Made by a program: the position numbers and the translations under genes. From NCBI GenBank assembly GCA_028685665.1, contig JAQUDN010000002.1, forward strand, positions 1 to 51,674: a DNA stretch of 51,674 nucleotides, given 5' to 3'. The notes below the pieces were generated by a model. That model saw nothing but the letters and a program-made list of their open reading frames with translations, had not been told where the DNA came from and did no database searches. Shown piece after piece: positions 40,231-50,427 of the stretch (position 1 is the first letter of the stretch; each line of letters opens with the position of its first letter). This DNA is from Burkholderiaceae bacterium (lineage in GTDB: Bacteria; Pseudomonadota; Gammaproteobacteria; Burkholderiales; Burkholderiaceae_C).

Positions 40231-41277
40231 ATGCAAATCGCCCTGGCCCAACTGTCTGTCCATCTGCAACGCTCCCTGGCGTCCCTGTATGTATTGCATG
40301 GGGACGAGCCTTTGCTGCAGCAGGAGGCGGCCGATGCCATCCGGGCGGTGGCCCGCGCCCAGGGCTACACCGAGCGCAGCAGCTACACCGTGGCGGGGGC
40401 GCATTTCGACTGGAGCACGGTGCTGGCGGCGGGGGGCTCCTTGAGCCTGTTTGCCGACAAGCAGATCATCGAAATCCGCATTCCCTCGGGCAAGCCGGGC
40501 AAGGAGGGCAGCGTGGCCCTGCAGCAACTGGCCGAGGCGGCGCGTGGCAACGACAGCACCCTGACGCTGGTGCTGCTGCCGCGCCTGGACAAGGCCACCA
40601 AAACCGGCGCCTGGTTTGGCGCCTTGGAGGCCCATGGCACCAGCGTGCAGATCGACCCCGTGGAGCGCGCGGCCTTGCCCCAATGGATTGCCCAGCGCCT
40701 GCAGCAGCAGGGCCAGCGGGTGGCCGCGGGCGAGGAAGGCCAGCGCACGCTGCAGTTCTTTGCCGACCGCGTGGAGGGCAATTTGCTCGCCGCGCACCAG
40801 GAAATCCAGAAGCTGGCCCTCTTGCACCCGGCGGGCGAGCTGGCCTGGGCCCAGGTCGAGGCGGCGGTGCTGAACGTGGCGCGTTACGACGTCTTCAAGC
40901 TGTCGGAGGCGGTGCTGGCGGGCCAGGTGGGCCGGGTGCAGCGCATGCTCGACGGCCTGCAGGCCGAGGGCGAGGCCGAGGTGCTGGTGCATTGGGCCCT
41001 GGCCGAGGACATCCGCGCCCTCAAGCGCGTCAAGGATGCGATGAATGCGGGCAAGCCCCTGCCAATGGCGCTGCGCGAAAACCGCATCTGGGGCGCCAAG
41101 GAGCGACTGTTCGAGCGCCTGCTGCCCCGCGCCAGCGATGCGGCCCTGGCCCGCTTGCTGGAATCGGCGCACACCGTGGATGGCATCGTCAAGGGCCTGA
41201 AAGTGCCCGACTGGCCCACCAACGGCTGGCAGGCCTTGCAGCGCCTGGCCTTCCAGCTGGGGCGCCTGGGGCGCTGA
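40231..41277 (+). CDS. holA: DNA polymerase III subunit delta
   Basis: LYVLHGDEPLL..., the length, and the conserved position downstream of leuS-lptE. Confidence 0.88.
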   Translation: MQIALAQLSVHLQRSLASLYVLHGDEPLLQQEAADAIRAVARAQGYTERSSYTVAGAHFDWSTVLAAGGSLSLFADKQIIEIRIPSGKPGKEGSVALQQLAEAARGNDSTLTLVLLPRLDKATKTGAWFGALEAHGTSVQIDPVERAALPQWIAQRLQQQGQRVAAGEEGQRTLQFFADRVEGNLLAAHQEIQKLALLHPAGELAWAQVEAAVLNVARYDVFKLSEAVLAGQVGRVQRMLDGLQAEGEAEVLVHWALAEDIRALKRVKDAMNAGKPLPMALRENRIWGAKERLFERLLPRASDAALARLLESAHTVDGIVKGLKVPDWPTNGWQALQRLAFQLGRLGR

Positions 41278-41301
41278 GCTCCCGGGCGCCGGCTTGGTTG
41301 G

Positions 41302-41356
41302 TGCTATTGATTAGATAGCTGTCTGGATAGACCCTGCAAGGGGTAGAGGCTGTTTT
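41302..41356 (+). repeat. Dispersed low-GC repeat, copy g (intergenic, between convergent holA and the amidohydrolase gene)
   Basis: TGCTATTGATTAGATAGCTGTCTGGATAGACCCTGCAAGGGGTAGAGGCTGTTTT. Confidence 0.8.
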
Positions 41357-41386
41357 GGTGCTGCTTCCGGCGGTCCGGTGTGGCGG

Positions 41387-42721
41387 TCAGCGGGCCAGGA
41401 AGTCCAGCGCCATCGCTGCCAGGGCCTTGGCGCCCACCGGCATGGCCTTTTCGTCGAAGTCGAAGAAGGGGCTGTGGTTCGGGGCGGCGGTGGCCGGGGT
41501 TTTGCCTTCCGGGGCCGCGCCCAGCACGATGTACATGCCCGGCACTTCCTTGGCGAACTCGGAGAAGTCTTCCGAGGCCATGAACTTCGAGACTTCCTTG
41601 GCGTTGCCCTGGGTCACCTTGTGCAGGACCGGAATCATCGACTGCGTCAGCGCCGCGTCGTTCACCGTGACCGGGTAGCCAAACGGATCGAAGCGCACCT
41701 TGGCCGTGGCGCCGTTGGCGGCGGCCGCCGCTTCGGCGGCCCGGATGATGCGCTGTTTCGCGTCGGCGCGCATGCCTTCGTCGAAGGTCCGCAGGGTGCC
41801 GGCCATTTCCACCGCCGCAGGGAGGATGTTGTTGCGGTTGCCGCCGTTGATCTGGCCAATCGACACCACCGCCGGCTCCTGGGTGATGTCCAGCTGGCGC
41901 GCGACCACGGTCTGCAGCGCGGTGATGACCTGGGCCGAGGCCACGATGGGGTCAATGCCGTTCCAGGGGAAGCCGCCATGGGTCTGCTTGCCGGTCACGG
42001 TGATGCGCACGGTGTCGCCGCTGGCCAACAGCGGACCGCTGCGGTAGCCCACCATGCCCGAGGGCAGGTTGGGAATGAGGTGCACGGCAAAAGCCGCATC
42101 CGGCCTGGGGTTGTTGAAAACGCCCGCCTCGAGCATGGCCTTGGCACCCACGGGCTTGCCCAGGTCTTCCTGGCGGGAATGGCCTTCTTCGGCGGGTTGG
42201 AAGATGAACTTCACGCTGCCTTTGATCTGGCTGCGCATGCCGGCCAGCACCTCGGCCACGCCCATCAGCATCGCCGTGTGCCCGTCATGGCCGCAGGCGT
42301 GCATCACCGGGGATTCGACGCCCATATTGAGCTGCTTGGCCTGGGAGGCAAAAGGCAGGCCCGATTGTTCGGCCACGGGCAGGGCGTCCATGTCGGCACG
42401 CAGCGCCACCACCTTGCCTGGTTGGCCGCCATGGAGCAGGCCCACCACGCCCGTGCCGCCCACGCCGGTCTGCACTTCCAGGCCCAGCTTTCTCAGGTGC
42501 TCGGCCACCAGGTGGGCGGTGCGGTGTTCCTGGTTGGACAGTTCGGGGTGCTGGTGGATGTCCCGGCGCCAGGCGACCATCTGGGGCTGGAGGGCCGCAA
42601 ACTGGGGTTCCAGGCGGGCCAGGACGGCGGCATCGACGCTCTGGGCCGAGGCGAAGCCGGCCTGGGCGAGCAGCCCGATGAGGAGGGCGCGTGGAAGGAG
42701 GTGAAAGGGGGGCTGTGCCAT
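41387..42721 (-). CDS. M20/M25/M40 amidohydrolase (hippurate-hydrolase-like), secreted
   Basis: Signal peptide; RRDIHQHPELS, MHACGHDGH, FQPAEEG. Confidence 0.85.
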   Translation of the reverse strand: MAQPPFHLLPRALLIGLLAQAGFASAQSVDAAVLARLEPQFAALQPQMVAWRRDIHQHPELSNQEHRTAHLVAEHLRKLGLEVQTGVGGTGVVGLLHGGQPGKVVALRADMDALPVAEQSGLPFASQAKQLNMGVESPVMHACGHDGHTAMLMGVAEVLAGMRSQIKGSVKFIFQPAEEGHSRQEDLGKPVGAKAMLEAGVFNNPRPDAAFAVHLIPNLPSGMVGYRSGPLLASGDTVRITVTGKQTHGGFPWNGIDPIVASAQVITALQTVVARQLDITQEPAVVSIGQINGGNRNNILPAAVEMAGTLRTFDEGMRADAKQRIIRAAEAAAAANGATAKVRFDPFGYPVTVNDAALTQSMIPVLHKVTQGNAKEVSKFMASEDFSEFAKEVPGMYIVLGAAPEGKTPATAAPNHSPFFDFDEKAMPVGAKALAAMALDFLAR

Positions 42722-42904
42722 GGATGTCTCCGGAGGAATGGAAAAAGTCAAACGCTGCTCTGAGGCCGCTCCCGCTCCCGCTGGTGCAGGCGGCGGGGGC
42801 CCGCCGTTCAGGGGCCGGTGCGTGACAGGGGGCATCCTAGGGAGCGCGTGGCACCGCCGTAAGCCAGGGACTTGCGTTGCCGTCAGGCAATGCTTGACAC
42901 CGTT

Positions 42905-43861
42905 TCAGTGCAGGGAAAGCACTTCGACCGAACGCATGATCCGCTGGAGCGCGGGGTCTTCGCTGACCACGGCAGCCTCCATCGCTTCCTTGAAGCACTC
43001 GATGAAGAGCTGGGCGGCATTGCCCAGGGCATCGCCGCGGCGCACCACCAGGCTGGTCGTCATGTCGGGCAAGGGGTCCCGGATGGGCAGGGCCTGTACG
43101 CGGTGGCGCAGCAGGGGGGATTCCACCAGGGGCCAGGGGCAGACGGTCAGCAGGTCGCCTGCATCCAGCAGGCCGATGGCAATCATCGAGGAGCGGGCTG
43201 CATGCATCCGTTCGGGGGGTGGGTCGACGCCGTGGTCCCGCAGCAGCGAGAACAGGGTTTGCTCGTCGGTGTCGTGGTGCATGGTCACGACCCAGTCCTG
43301 CTCGGCCAGTGCGCGCAGCGAGGTGCACCGGGCCAGGGGATGGCCCTGGCGGGCAACGACCGCCAGGCCACTGACAAACAGATCGCGCACAAAGAAGCTG
43401 GAACTCCAGGGGCGTGCCGGGGGCATGCCGATGACGATGTCGAGGCTGCCGTCGTGCAGGCCTTGGTGCCTGCTCCCCAGGGACTCGGACACATCCAGGC
43501 GAACGTTCGGGCGCAGGGCCCGGAAACGCTGCAGGGCGCCGGGCAGGATCGAGAGGCTGACCCATGGGGTCACGCCGATCGACAGCGTACCGCCCGGAAG
43601 GCCGCGCAATTGCCCCAGCCCTTCTTCGGCGCGGGCGACCTGACCGAGGATCAGGCGGGCATGGACCAGCAGCTCGTGCCCGAAGTGCGTCGGAATGGTC
43701 CCCCGCACCTCGCGTTTGAGCAGCGGTGCGCTCACATCCCGTTCCAGTTCCCGCAAGGCCTGGCTGACCGCTGCCGCAGAAACTCCCAGGTGCTCGGCGG
43801 CCGAGCGCACGCTGCCCTGGTCGGCGACACACACGAAATAGCGCAGCTGATGGAGCTTCAT
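42905..43861 (-). CDS. LysR-family transcriptional regulator
   Basis: MKLHQLRYFVCVADQGSVRSAAEHLGVSAAAVSQALRELE, a wHTH plus a LysR substrate-binding domain. Confidence 0.92.
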   Translation of the reverse strand: MKLHQLRYFVCVADQGSVRSAAEHLGVSAAAVSQALRELERDVSAPLLKREVRGTIPTHFGHELLVHARLILGQVARAEEGLGQLRGLPGGTLSIGVTPWVSLSILPGALQRFRALRPNVRLDVSESLGSRHQGLHDGSLDIVIGMPPARPWSSSFFVRDLFVSGLAVVARQGHPLARCTSLRALAEQDWVVTMHHDTDEQTLFSLLRDHGVDPPPERMHAARSSMIAIGLLDAGDLLTVCPWPLVESPLLRHRVQALPIRDPLPDMTTSLVVRRGDALGNAAQLFIECFKEAMEAAVVSEDPALQRIMRSVEVLSLH

Positions 43862-43943
43862 GGCGGCACTGTACGCCGGGGTCGGTGCGGGATGGGGCCG
43901 TGCATGCCGGGGCGCTTGCCGCTTGCCGCGTGGCCGCAGCGGT

Positions 43944-44237
43944 TCAGTCGGGTTGTCGGGTGCTCCGCAGGCCCCGGGCCTTGTCCACCCACATCTGCAG
44001 GCTGGCGATCAGGTCTTTCTGGCTGAAAGAGCAGCTTTCTTCCGAGAACAGGGCGCTGGATTCGAGCCGGTCGAGCAGGCCCAGCAGGACCTCGGTGTAG
44101 CGCGGGGGCAGCTCGGCCAGCAAGGGGGTTTGGGCGCGGGCCCAGGTGCTGAGGGCGGCAGCGCTCAGGGTGCCTTGGCTGAAGCGCGCGAGGGCGGCCT
44201 CGAATTCGGTCAGCGGGGTGGGGTGGGGGGTGGACAT
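43944..44237 (-). CDS. Hypothetical small protein (97 aa)
   Basis: Strong GC3 codon bias in this frame. No family was recognised with confidence. It is divergent from proA. Confidence 0.55.
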   Translation of the reverse strand: MSTPHPTPLTEFEAALARFSQGTLSAAALSTWARAQTPLLAELPPRYTEVLLGLLDRLESSALFSEESCSFSQKDLIASLQMWVDKARGLRSTRQPD

Positions 44238-44323
44238 CAAGGCTCCAGGGTTTTTCGCAAGCGTAGCAGGCGCCGCGCGGGGGCTGCGGTGTGCGCGGCG
44301 CGCATCTGCGGCAAAATCCCGCC

Positions 44324-45604
44324 ATGAATGCGCTCAACGTCGTCGAATACACCCACACCCTTGGCTTGCAGGCAAAAACGGCATCTGCCCTGATGGCACG
44401 TGCCCCGGCAGCTATCAAAAACAAAGCGCTCAAGGCCCTGGCCCGCTTGTTGCGCGCGCACACGGCCGCGCTGCAGGTCGACAACGCCCGGGACCTCGAA
44501 CGCGCCCGTGCCGCCGGCCTGGCCGAGCCGCTGGTGGACCGGCTCAAGCTCAGCCCCCCGGTGCTCGAAACCTGCGCACAGGGCTGTGAACAGCTGGCCG
44601 CCATGCCCGACATCATTGGTGAAATCATCGGCATGAAGCAGCAGCCCAGCGGCATCCGCGTCGGCCAGATGCGCGTGCCGATCGGTGTGTTCGGCATGAT
44701 TTACGAGAGCCGCCCGAACGTGACCATCGAGGCAGCCAGCTTGAGCATCAAGAGCGGCAATGCCTGCATCCTGCGCGGCGGGTCCGAGGCCATCGAGTCG
44801 AACAAGGCCCTGGCCCAACTGGTGGCGCTGGCGCTGGCCGAGGCGGGGCTGCCGCAAGACGCGGTGCAGCTGGTGCAGACCACCGACCGCGAGGCCGTGG
44901 GCCAGCTCATCGCCATGCCCCAGTATGTGGACGTGATCATTCCGCGCGGCGGCAAGGGCCTGATCGAGCGCATCAGCGCTGGCGCCAAGGTGCCAGTGAT
45001 CAAGCACCTGGACGGCAACTGCCACACCTATGTCGACGACCCCTGCGACATCGCCATGGCCGTGAAGGTGGCCGACAACGCCAAGACGCACAAATACAGC
45101 CCCTGCAACGCCAGCGAAAGCCTGCTGGTGGCGCGGGGCGTGGCTGCCGAGTTCCTGCCGCGCATCGGTGCCATCTACGCTGAAAAAGGGGTCGAAATGC
45201 GGGTTTGCGAAGCCAGTCATGCCCTGCTAGCTACGGTTTCAGGAGCAAAACTGGTGCCGGCCACCGAGCAGGACTGGTTCGAGGAATACCTGGCGCCCAT
45301 CATCAGCATCAAGCTGGTGGACGGCGTGGACGAGGCGATTGCGCACATCAACCGCTATTCGAGCCACCACACCGACGCCATCCTCACGCGCGACCACATG
45401 CACGCCCAGCGCTTCTTGCGCGAGGTCGACTCCAGCAGCGTGATGGTCAACGCCAGCACCCGGTTTGCCGACGGCTTTGAATACGGCCTGGGGGCCGAAA
45501 TCGGCATCAGCACCGACAAGTTCCATGCCCGCGGCCCCGTGGGCATCGAGGGCCTGACCTCGCTGAAATACGTGGTGCTGGGCGAGGGCGAAGTGCGCGG
45601 CTGA
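44324..45604 (+). CDS. proA: Glutamate-5-semialdehyde dehydrogenase
   Basis: [28 protein letters not shown]. Confidence 0.95.
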   Translation: MNALNVVEYTHTLGLQAKTASALMARAPAAIKNKALKALARLLRAHTAALQVDNARDLERARAAGLAEPLVDRLKLSPPVLETCAQGCEQLAAMPDIIGEIIGMKQQPSGIRVGQMRVPIGVFGMIYESRPNVTIEAASLSIKSGNACILRGGSEAIESNKALAQLVALALAEAGLPQDAVQLVQTTDREAVGQLIAMPQYVDVIIPRGGKGLIERISAGAKVPVIKHLDGNCHTYVDDPCDIAMAVKVADNAKTHKYSPCNASESLLVARGVAAEFLPRIGAIYAEKGVEMRVCEASHALLATVSGAKLVPATEQDWFEEYLAPIISIKLVDGVDEAIAHINRYSSHHTDAILTRDHMHAQRFLREVDSSSVMVNASTRFADGFEYGLGAEIGISTDKFHARGPVGIEGLTSLKYVVLGEGEVRG

Positions 45605-45674
45605 GCCCTGCCGCCTGGGCTGGGCGGCGCGCCCGACTGCCTACAATCCAGCGCATCCATTCTCGAGGGCTTCC

Positions 45675-46970
45675 ATGGTTCCGCATCTCATTACCGCCCT
45701 GACCGGTCCGATCAACGAACTCGAACAGCGCATGCTGGACTCCATGCCTGCCATCGAGCGCTGGTTTCGGCTCGAATGGATGGAGCACACCCCCCCGTTC
45801 TACACCTCGGTGGACATCCGCAATGCCGGCTTCAAGCTGGCGCCTGTGGACACCAATCTCTTTCCCGGGGGCTGGAACAACCTGAGTGCCGAAATGTTGC
45901 CCCTGGCCGTGCAGGCGGCCATGGCGGCGATCGAGAAGATCTGCCCGGAAGCGCGCAACCTGCTGATCATTCCGGAGAACCACACGCGCAACACCTTTTA
46001 TCTGGCCAATGTGGTGCAGCTGCAGCGCATCTTCAACATGGCCGGGCTGAATGTGCGCGTGGGCTCCATCGACCCCGAGATCAAGAAGACCACCGTCATC
46101 TCCCTGCCCCACGGCGAGACGGTGACGCTGGAGCCGGTGGTGCGCACCCAGCGGCGCCTGGGGCTGCAGGATTTCGATCCCTGCACCATCCTGCTCAACA
46201 ACGATCTGTCGGCGGGCCCCCCGGGCATTCTGGAGGACCTGCACGAGCAATTTTTGCTGCCCCCGCTGCATGCGGGCTGGAGCGTGCGGCGCAAAAGCCA
46301 GCATTTCAAGAACTATGAAGAGGTGGCCAAGCGCTTTGGCAAGATGCTCGGCATCGATCCCTGGCTCATCAACCCGATGTTCAGCCAGTGCGGATCGGTC
46401 GATTTTGTCGGGGGGGCCGGGATGGACGCGCTGCAAACCAGCGTGGATGCCCTGCTGACCAAGGTCCGTCGCAAGTACAAGGAATACGGCATCAACGAAA
46501 AGCCGTTTGTCATCGTCAAGGCCAACCAGGGCACGTACGGCATGGGCATCATGACCGTGCGCGACGCCAAAGAGCTGGATGCGCTGAACCGCAAGCACAA
46601 AAACAAGATGGCCGTCATCAAGGATGGCCAGCCCGTCAGCGATGTGATCATCCAGGAAGGGGTGCGCACCCAGGAGCGCGTGAACGATGCCGTCGCCGAG
46701 CCGGTGGTCTACATGATGGACCGGTATGTGGTGGGCGGTTTCTACCGCATGCACGCAGAGCGGGGCGTGGACGAAAACCTCAACGCCCCGGGCGCCAGTT
46801 TTGTCCCCTTGGCGTTCGAGCACAGCACCCAGATGCCCCAGCCCGGCGTGCGCCCGGGAATCAGTGCCCCGAACCGGTTCTATATGTATGGCGTGATCGC
46901 CCGCCTGGCCATGCTGGCTGCCAGTTACGAGCTGGAGGCGACGGACCCCAATGCCGAGGTGTATGACTGA
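45675..46970 (+). CDS. gshA: Glutamate--cysteine ligase (betaproteobacterial GshA type)
   Basis: FYTSVDIRNAGFKLAPVDTNLFPGGWNNL is characteristic of this GshA family, and gshB lies nearby. Confidence 0.85.
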   Translation: MVPHLITALTGPINELEQRMLDSMPAIERWFRLEWMEHTPPFYTSVDIRNAGFKLAPVDTNLFPGGWNNLSAEMLPLAVQAAMAAIEKICPEARNLLIIPENHTRNTFYLANVVQLQRIFNMAGLNVRVGSIDPEIKKTTVISLPHGETVTLEPVVRTQRRLGLQDFDPCTILLNNDLSAGPPGILEDLHEQFLLPPLHAGWSVRRKSQHFKNYEEVAKRFGKMLGIDPWLINPMFSQCGSVDFVGGAGMDALQTSVDALLTKVRRKYKEYGINEKPFVIVKANQGTYGMGIMTVRDAKELDALNRKHKNKMAVIKDGQPVSDVIIQEGVRTQERVNDAVAEPVVYMMDRYVVGGFYRMHAERGVDENLNAPGASFVPLAFEHSTQMPQPGVRPGISAPNRFYMYGVIARLAMLAASYELEATDPNAEVYD

Positions 46971-47117
46971 CGCGGGGGCCTGAGCGCCGCCCTCCAGGCC
47001 CCAGACAGTTGTTGCGGTGCAACAACGCCGGCGCCGGTTCGCGCGCAGGGGGCTGGCCCGGAGCACAATGGCGTTCCCAAAAATCATGGAACCCGGTCTG
47101 GCCCAGTGCCTTGGGGG

Positions 47118-48992
47118 ATGTCAGTGCAAAGCTCAAAATCATCGCTCCCCGCGCTCACCCTGGGCGCCATCGGTGTCGTGTATGGCGATATCGGCACCAG
47201 CGTGCTCTACACCGTCAAAGAAGTGTTTGGTTCGGGCCACGTGCCTTTCACGCCCGACAACATCTACGGCATCCTGTCGATCCTTTTCTGGACGCTGACG
47301 CTGATCGTTTCGCTCAAGTACGTGGTTCTGGTGCTGCGCGCCGACAACAACGGCGAGGGGGGGCTGGTGGCCATGCTGGCCCTGGCTTCGCAATCGGTCA
47401 AAGACAAGCCCGAGCTGCGCAGCGTGCTCCTGGTGGTGGGCATTTTTGGCACTTGCCTGTTTTATGGCGACGGCGTCATCACCCCGGCGATCACGGTCCT
47501 CGGGGCGGTGGAAGGCCTGGAGGTGGTTTCCCCGGCCTTCAAGGGGGCCGTGATTCCGCTGGCCTTGGTGATCCTGCTGGGGCTGTTCCTGGTGCAAAAG
47601 CATGGCACGGCCAGCATTGGCAAGTTTTTTGGACCGGTCATGGTGGTCTGGTTTGCCGTGATCGCCGCCCTGGGGGTCGCGCAAATCCTGGACCATCCCG
47701 CCATTCTGTGGGCCTTGAGCCCGCACTACGCCCTGGACTTCATCCTGCAGCACCCTGGAACCACCTTCATCATTCTGGGCGCCGTGGTGCTCTGTGTGAC
47801 GGGCGGGGAAGCGCTGTATGCGGACATGGGGCATTTCGGCAAGCAACCGATCCGCGTGGCGTGGTTTTCGGTGGCGATGCCCGCCTTGACCCTGAATTAT
47901 TTTGGCCAGGGGGCCTTGTTGCTGGAAAACCCGGCGGCAGTGAAGAACCCCTTCTTCATGCTCGCGCCCGACTGGGCCCTGATTCCCCTGGTGGTCCTGG
48001 CCACCGCTGCCGCCGTGATTGCCTCTCAGGCGCTGATCACCGGGGCCTTCAGCGTGACCAAGCAGGTCATTCAACTGGGTTTCCTGCCCCGGTTGCAGGT
48101 GCAGCACACCAGCGTGAAAGACATGGGGCAGATCTACATGCCCTTTGTGAACTGGGGCCTGTTCGTGGCGATCGTCCTGGCCGTGGTGCTCTTTCGTTCG
48201 TCGAGCAACCTGGCCGCGGCCTACGGCATTGCCGTGACCCTGGACATGCTCATCACCACGATCCTGACCTTCTTCGTGATCCGGTTTGGCTGGGGCTATC
48301 CGATGGCGCTGTGCGTGGCGGCCACCAGCCTTTTCTTTGTGGTCGATCTGGCGTTCTTCAGCTCCAACCTGCTCAAGCTCTTCCAGGGCGGCTGGTTCCC
48401 CCTGCTGATTGGAGGCGCGGTGTTTACCTTGATGATCACCTGGAAACGCGGGCGTGAGCTGATGCACGTCGCCTTGCGCCAGGACGCCCTGGACCTGAAG
48501 GATTTTCTGGATGCCGTTTTCGTGGCACCGCCGACGCGGGTCGAGGGCACGGCGGTGTTTCTGACCGGTGAGCAAGGCACGGTGCCCAACGCGCTGCTGC
48601 ACAACCTCAAGCACAACAAGGTGCTGCACAAGCAAAACCTGTTTGTCTCCGTGCTCAGCCACGAGGTGCCCTGGATCGGCCTCGATCGGCGTCTGCAGGT
48701 CGAGCCCCTGGGGCGGGATTGTTGGCAGGTGGTGATCAATTACGGTTTCAAGAACGACATCGATGTGCCGCGTGCCCTGGAGTTGCTGCGCAACCGCGGC
48801 TGCGTATTGGAGCCGATGAGCACCAGCTATTTCCTGTCGCGGGACACCATCATTCCAACGATTGGCAGCGGTATGGCGCCCTGGCGCGAAAAGCTCTTCG
48901 CGCAGATGCACCTCAATGCCAGCGGCGCCGCCGACTTCTTGAATCTGCCCAGCAATGCGGTCGTGGAATTGGGTTCCAAGATCGAGATCTGA
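47118..48992 (+). CDS. kup: Potassium transporter Kup
   Basis: [20 protein letters not shown]..., ADNNGEGG, about 12 TM segments plus a C-terminal domain. Confidence 0.95.
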   Translation: MSVQSSKSSLPALTLGAIGVVYGDIGTSVLYTVKEVFGSGHVPFTPDNIYGILSILFWTLTLIVSLKYVVLVLRADNNGEGGLVAMLALASQSVKDKPELRSVLLVVGIFGTCLFYGDGVITPAITVLGAVEGLEVVSPAFKGAVIPLALVILLGLFLVQKHGTASIGKFFGPVMVVWFAVIAALGVAQILDHPAILWALSPHYALDFILQHPGTTFIILGAVVLCVTGGEALYADMGHFGKQPIRVAWFSVAMPALTLNYFGQGALLLENPAAVKNPFFMLAPDWALIPLVVLATAAAVIASQALITGAFSVTKQVIQLGFLPRLQVQHTSVKDMGQIYMPFVNWGLFVAIVLAVVLFRSSSNLAAAYGIAVTLDMLITTILTFFVIRFGWGYPMALCVAATSLFFVVDLAFFSSNLLKLFQGGWFPLLIGGAVFTLMITWKRGRELMHVALRQDALDLKDFLDAVFVAPPTRVEGTAVFLTGEQGTVPNALLHNLKHNKVLHKQNLFVSVLSHEVPWIGLDRRLQVEPLGRDCWQVVINYGFKNDIDVPRALELLRNRGCVLEPMSTSYFLSRDTIIPTIGSGMAPWREKLFAQMHLNASGAADFLNLPSNAVVELGSKIEI

Positions 48993-49140
48993 GGGTTTCA
49001 CAGCCATTTAGCCCTCTGGGCCTTGATCTGTCTACGCAGCCTGCTATCAAAATAATAGTTTTTGATCCTGGGTTCCTGTGGCCCCGGGAGGCATCCCCCC
49101 GGAAGGCCGGCGGGCTTGCCTGGGGTGACAGAATCGCGCC

Positions 49141-50316
49141 ATGTCCTTTTTCAAAGACCTGAGCCTGTCGGCCGTCACGGCAGGTTGTGTTGCCGTGCTG
49201 GTGGGCTTCACAAGCTCGGTGGCCATCGTGTTCCAGGCCGCGCAGGCCCTGGGAGCCAGTCCCGACCAGATCACTTCCTGGGTGTGGGCCCTGGGGTGGG
49301 GGATGGGCCTGTGTTCCCTGCTGCCCTCGCTGTACTTGCGCAAGCCCGTGATGGTGGCCTGGTCTACCCCGGGCGCCGCCGTGCTGGCGACGGCGGGCGT
49401 CGCGGGCGGCTTCCATATGGGCGAGGCCGTGGGGGCCTTCATGGTCTGCGCGGCCCTGATCACCCTGTGCGGGGTTACCGGATGGTTCGAGCGGGCCATG
49501 GCCCGTATTCCGATGGAAATCGCCTCGGCCCTGCTCGCCGGGGTCTTGGCGCGGTTTGCCCTGCAAGCCTTTACCGCGGCCCAGACGGCGCTGCCCCTGG
49601 TCGGGCTCATGCTGGGCAGTTTTTTGGTTGCCCGTCGGGTGGTCCCGCGCTATGCCGTGCCTGTCACGCTGGCGCTGGCCATCGCCTTTGTCGCGGCCCA
49701 GGGGCAACTGAGTGGGGCTGCGCTGCGCTGGGAGCTGGCCACGCCGGTCTGGACGTCGCCCCAGTTCAGCCTGGCCGCGACAGTCAGCCTGGCGTTGCCG
49801 CTGTTTGTGGTGACCATGGCATCCCAGAACCTGCCGGGCGTGGCCGTCATGCGGGCCACAGGGTATGCCCTGCCTGTTTCGCGCCTTTTGACCATGACCG
49901 GGGTCGCCACCTTGCTGCTCGCACCTTTTGGCGCCTTTGCCCTGAACTTCAGTGCGATCACGGCGGCCATCTGCATGGGGGCGGAGGCGCACGAAGACCG
50001 CTCCCGGCGCTATACGGCGGCCGTCTCGTGTGGACTGCTCTATATAGTGGTGGGGGTGTTTGGTGCCGTGATCACGGGTTTGCTCACGGCCTTTCCCCGC
50101 GAGTTGGTCGTGGCCATCGCCGGTCTGGCGCTCTTGGGGGCCATTGGGAGTGGTCTGGCGGACGCGTTGCAGAACGCATCGCACCGGGAGGCCGCCTTGA
50201 TCACCTTTCTGGTGACCTTGAGCAACGTGGTGGTGGCCGGCATCGGCTCGGCTTTCTGGGGCGTGCTCGCTGGCAGCCTGGCGCTCTTTGTGCAACAGTA
50301 CCGTCGATCTTCCTGA
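49141..50316 (+). CDS. benE: Benzoate/H+ symporter BenE-family transporter
   Basis: MSFFKDLSLSAVTAGCVAVLVGFTSSVAIV... and a multi-TM BenE-like profile. Confidence 0.85.
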   Translation: MSFFKDLSLSAVTAGCVAVLVGFTSSVAIVFQAAQALGASPDQITSWVWALGWGMGLCSLLPSLYLRKPVMVAWSTPGAAVLATAGVAGGFHMGEAVGAFMVCAALITLCGVTGWFERAMARIPMEIASALLAGVLARFALQAFTAAQTALPLVGLMLGSFLVARRVVPRYAVPVTLALAIAFVAAQGQLSGAALRWELATPVWTSPQFSLAATVSLALPLFVVTMASQNLPGVAVMRATGYALPVSRLLTMTGVATLLLAPFGAFALNFSAITAAICMGAEAHEDRSRRYTAAVSCGLLYIVVGVFGAVITGLLTAFPRELVVAIAGLALLGAIGSGLADALQNASHREAALITFLVTLSNVVVAGIGSAFWGVLAGSLALFVQQYRRSS

Positions 50317-50427
50317 AAACCCCTGTGTCGTCCTTGCGCCGGTACCGCCACGAGGCCACCAGGAGCCCCTTTCGTCAACATCTGCCCTGCGTGCGCCTTG
50401 TGGTCCGCAGGCCTCCTTTTAAAGACC

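Noticed and set aside
40153-41172. 5' two-thirds of the 661-aa minus-strand ORF upstream of the arginase domain
   Set aside because: It is antisense to holA and has a shadow-ORF composition. The arginase homology begins at MPMLPPSRS (40152).
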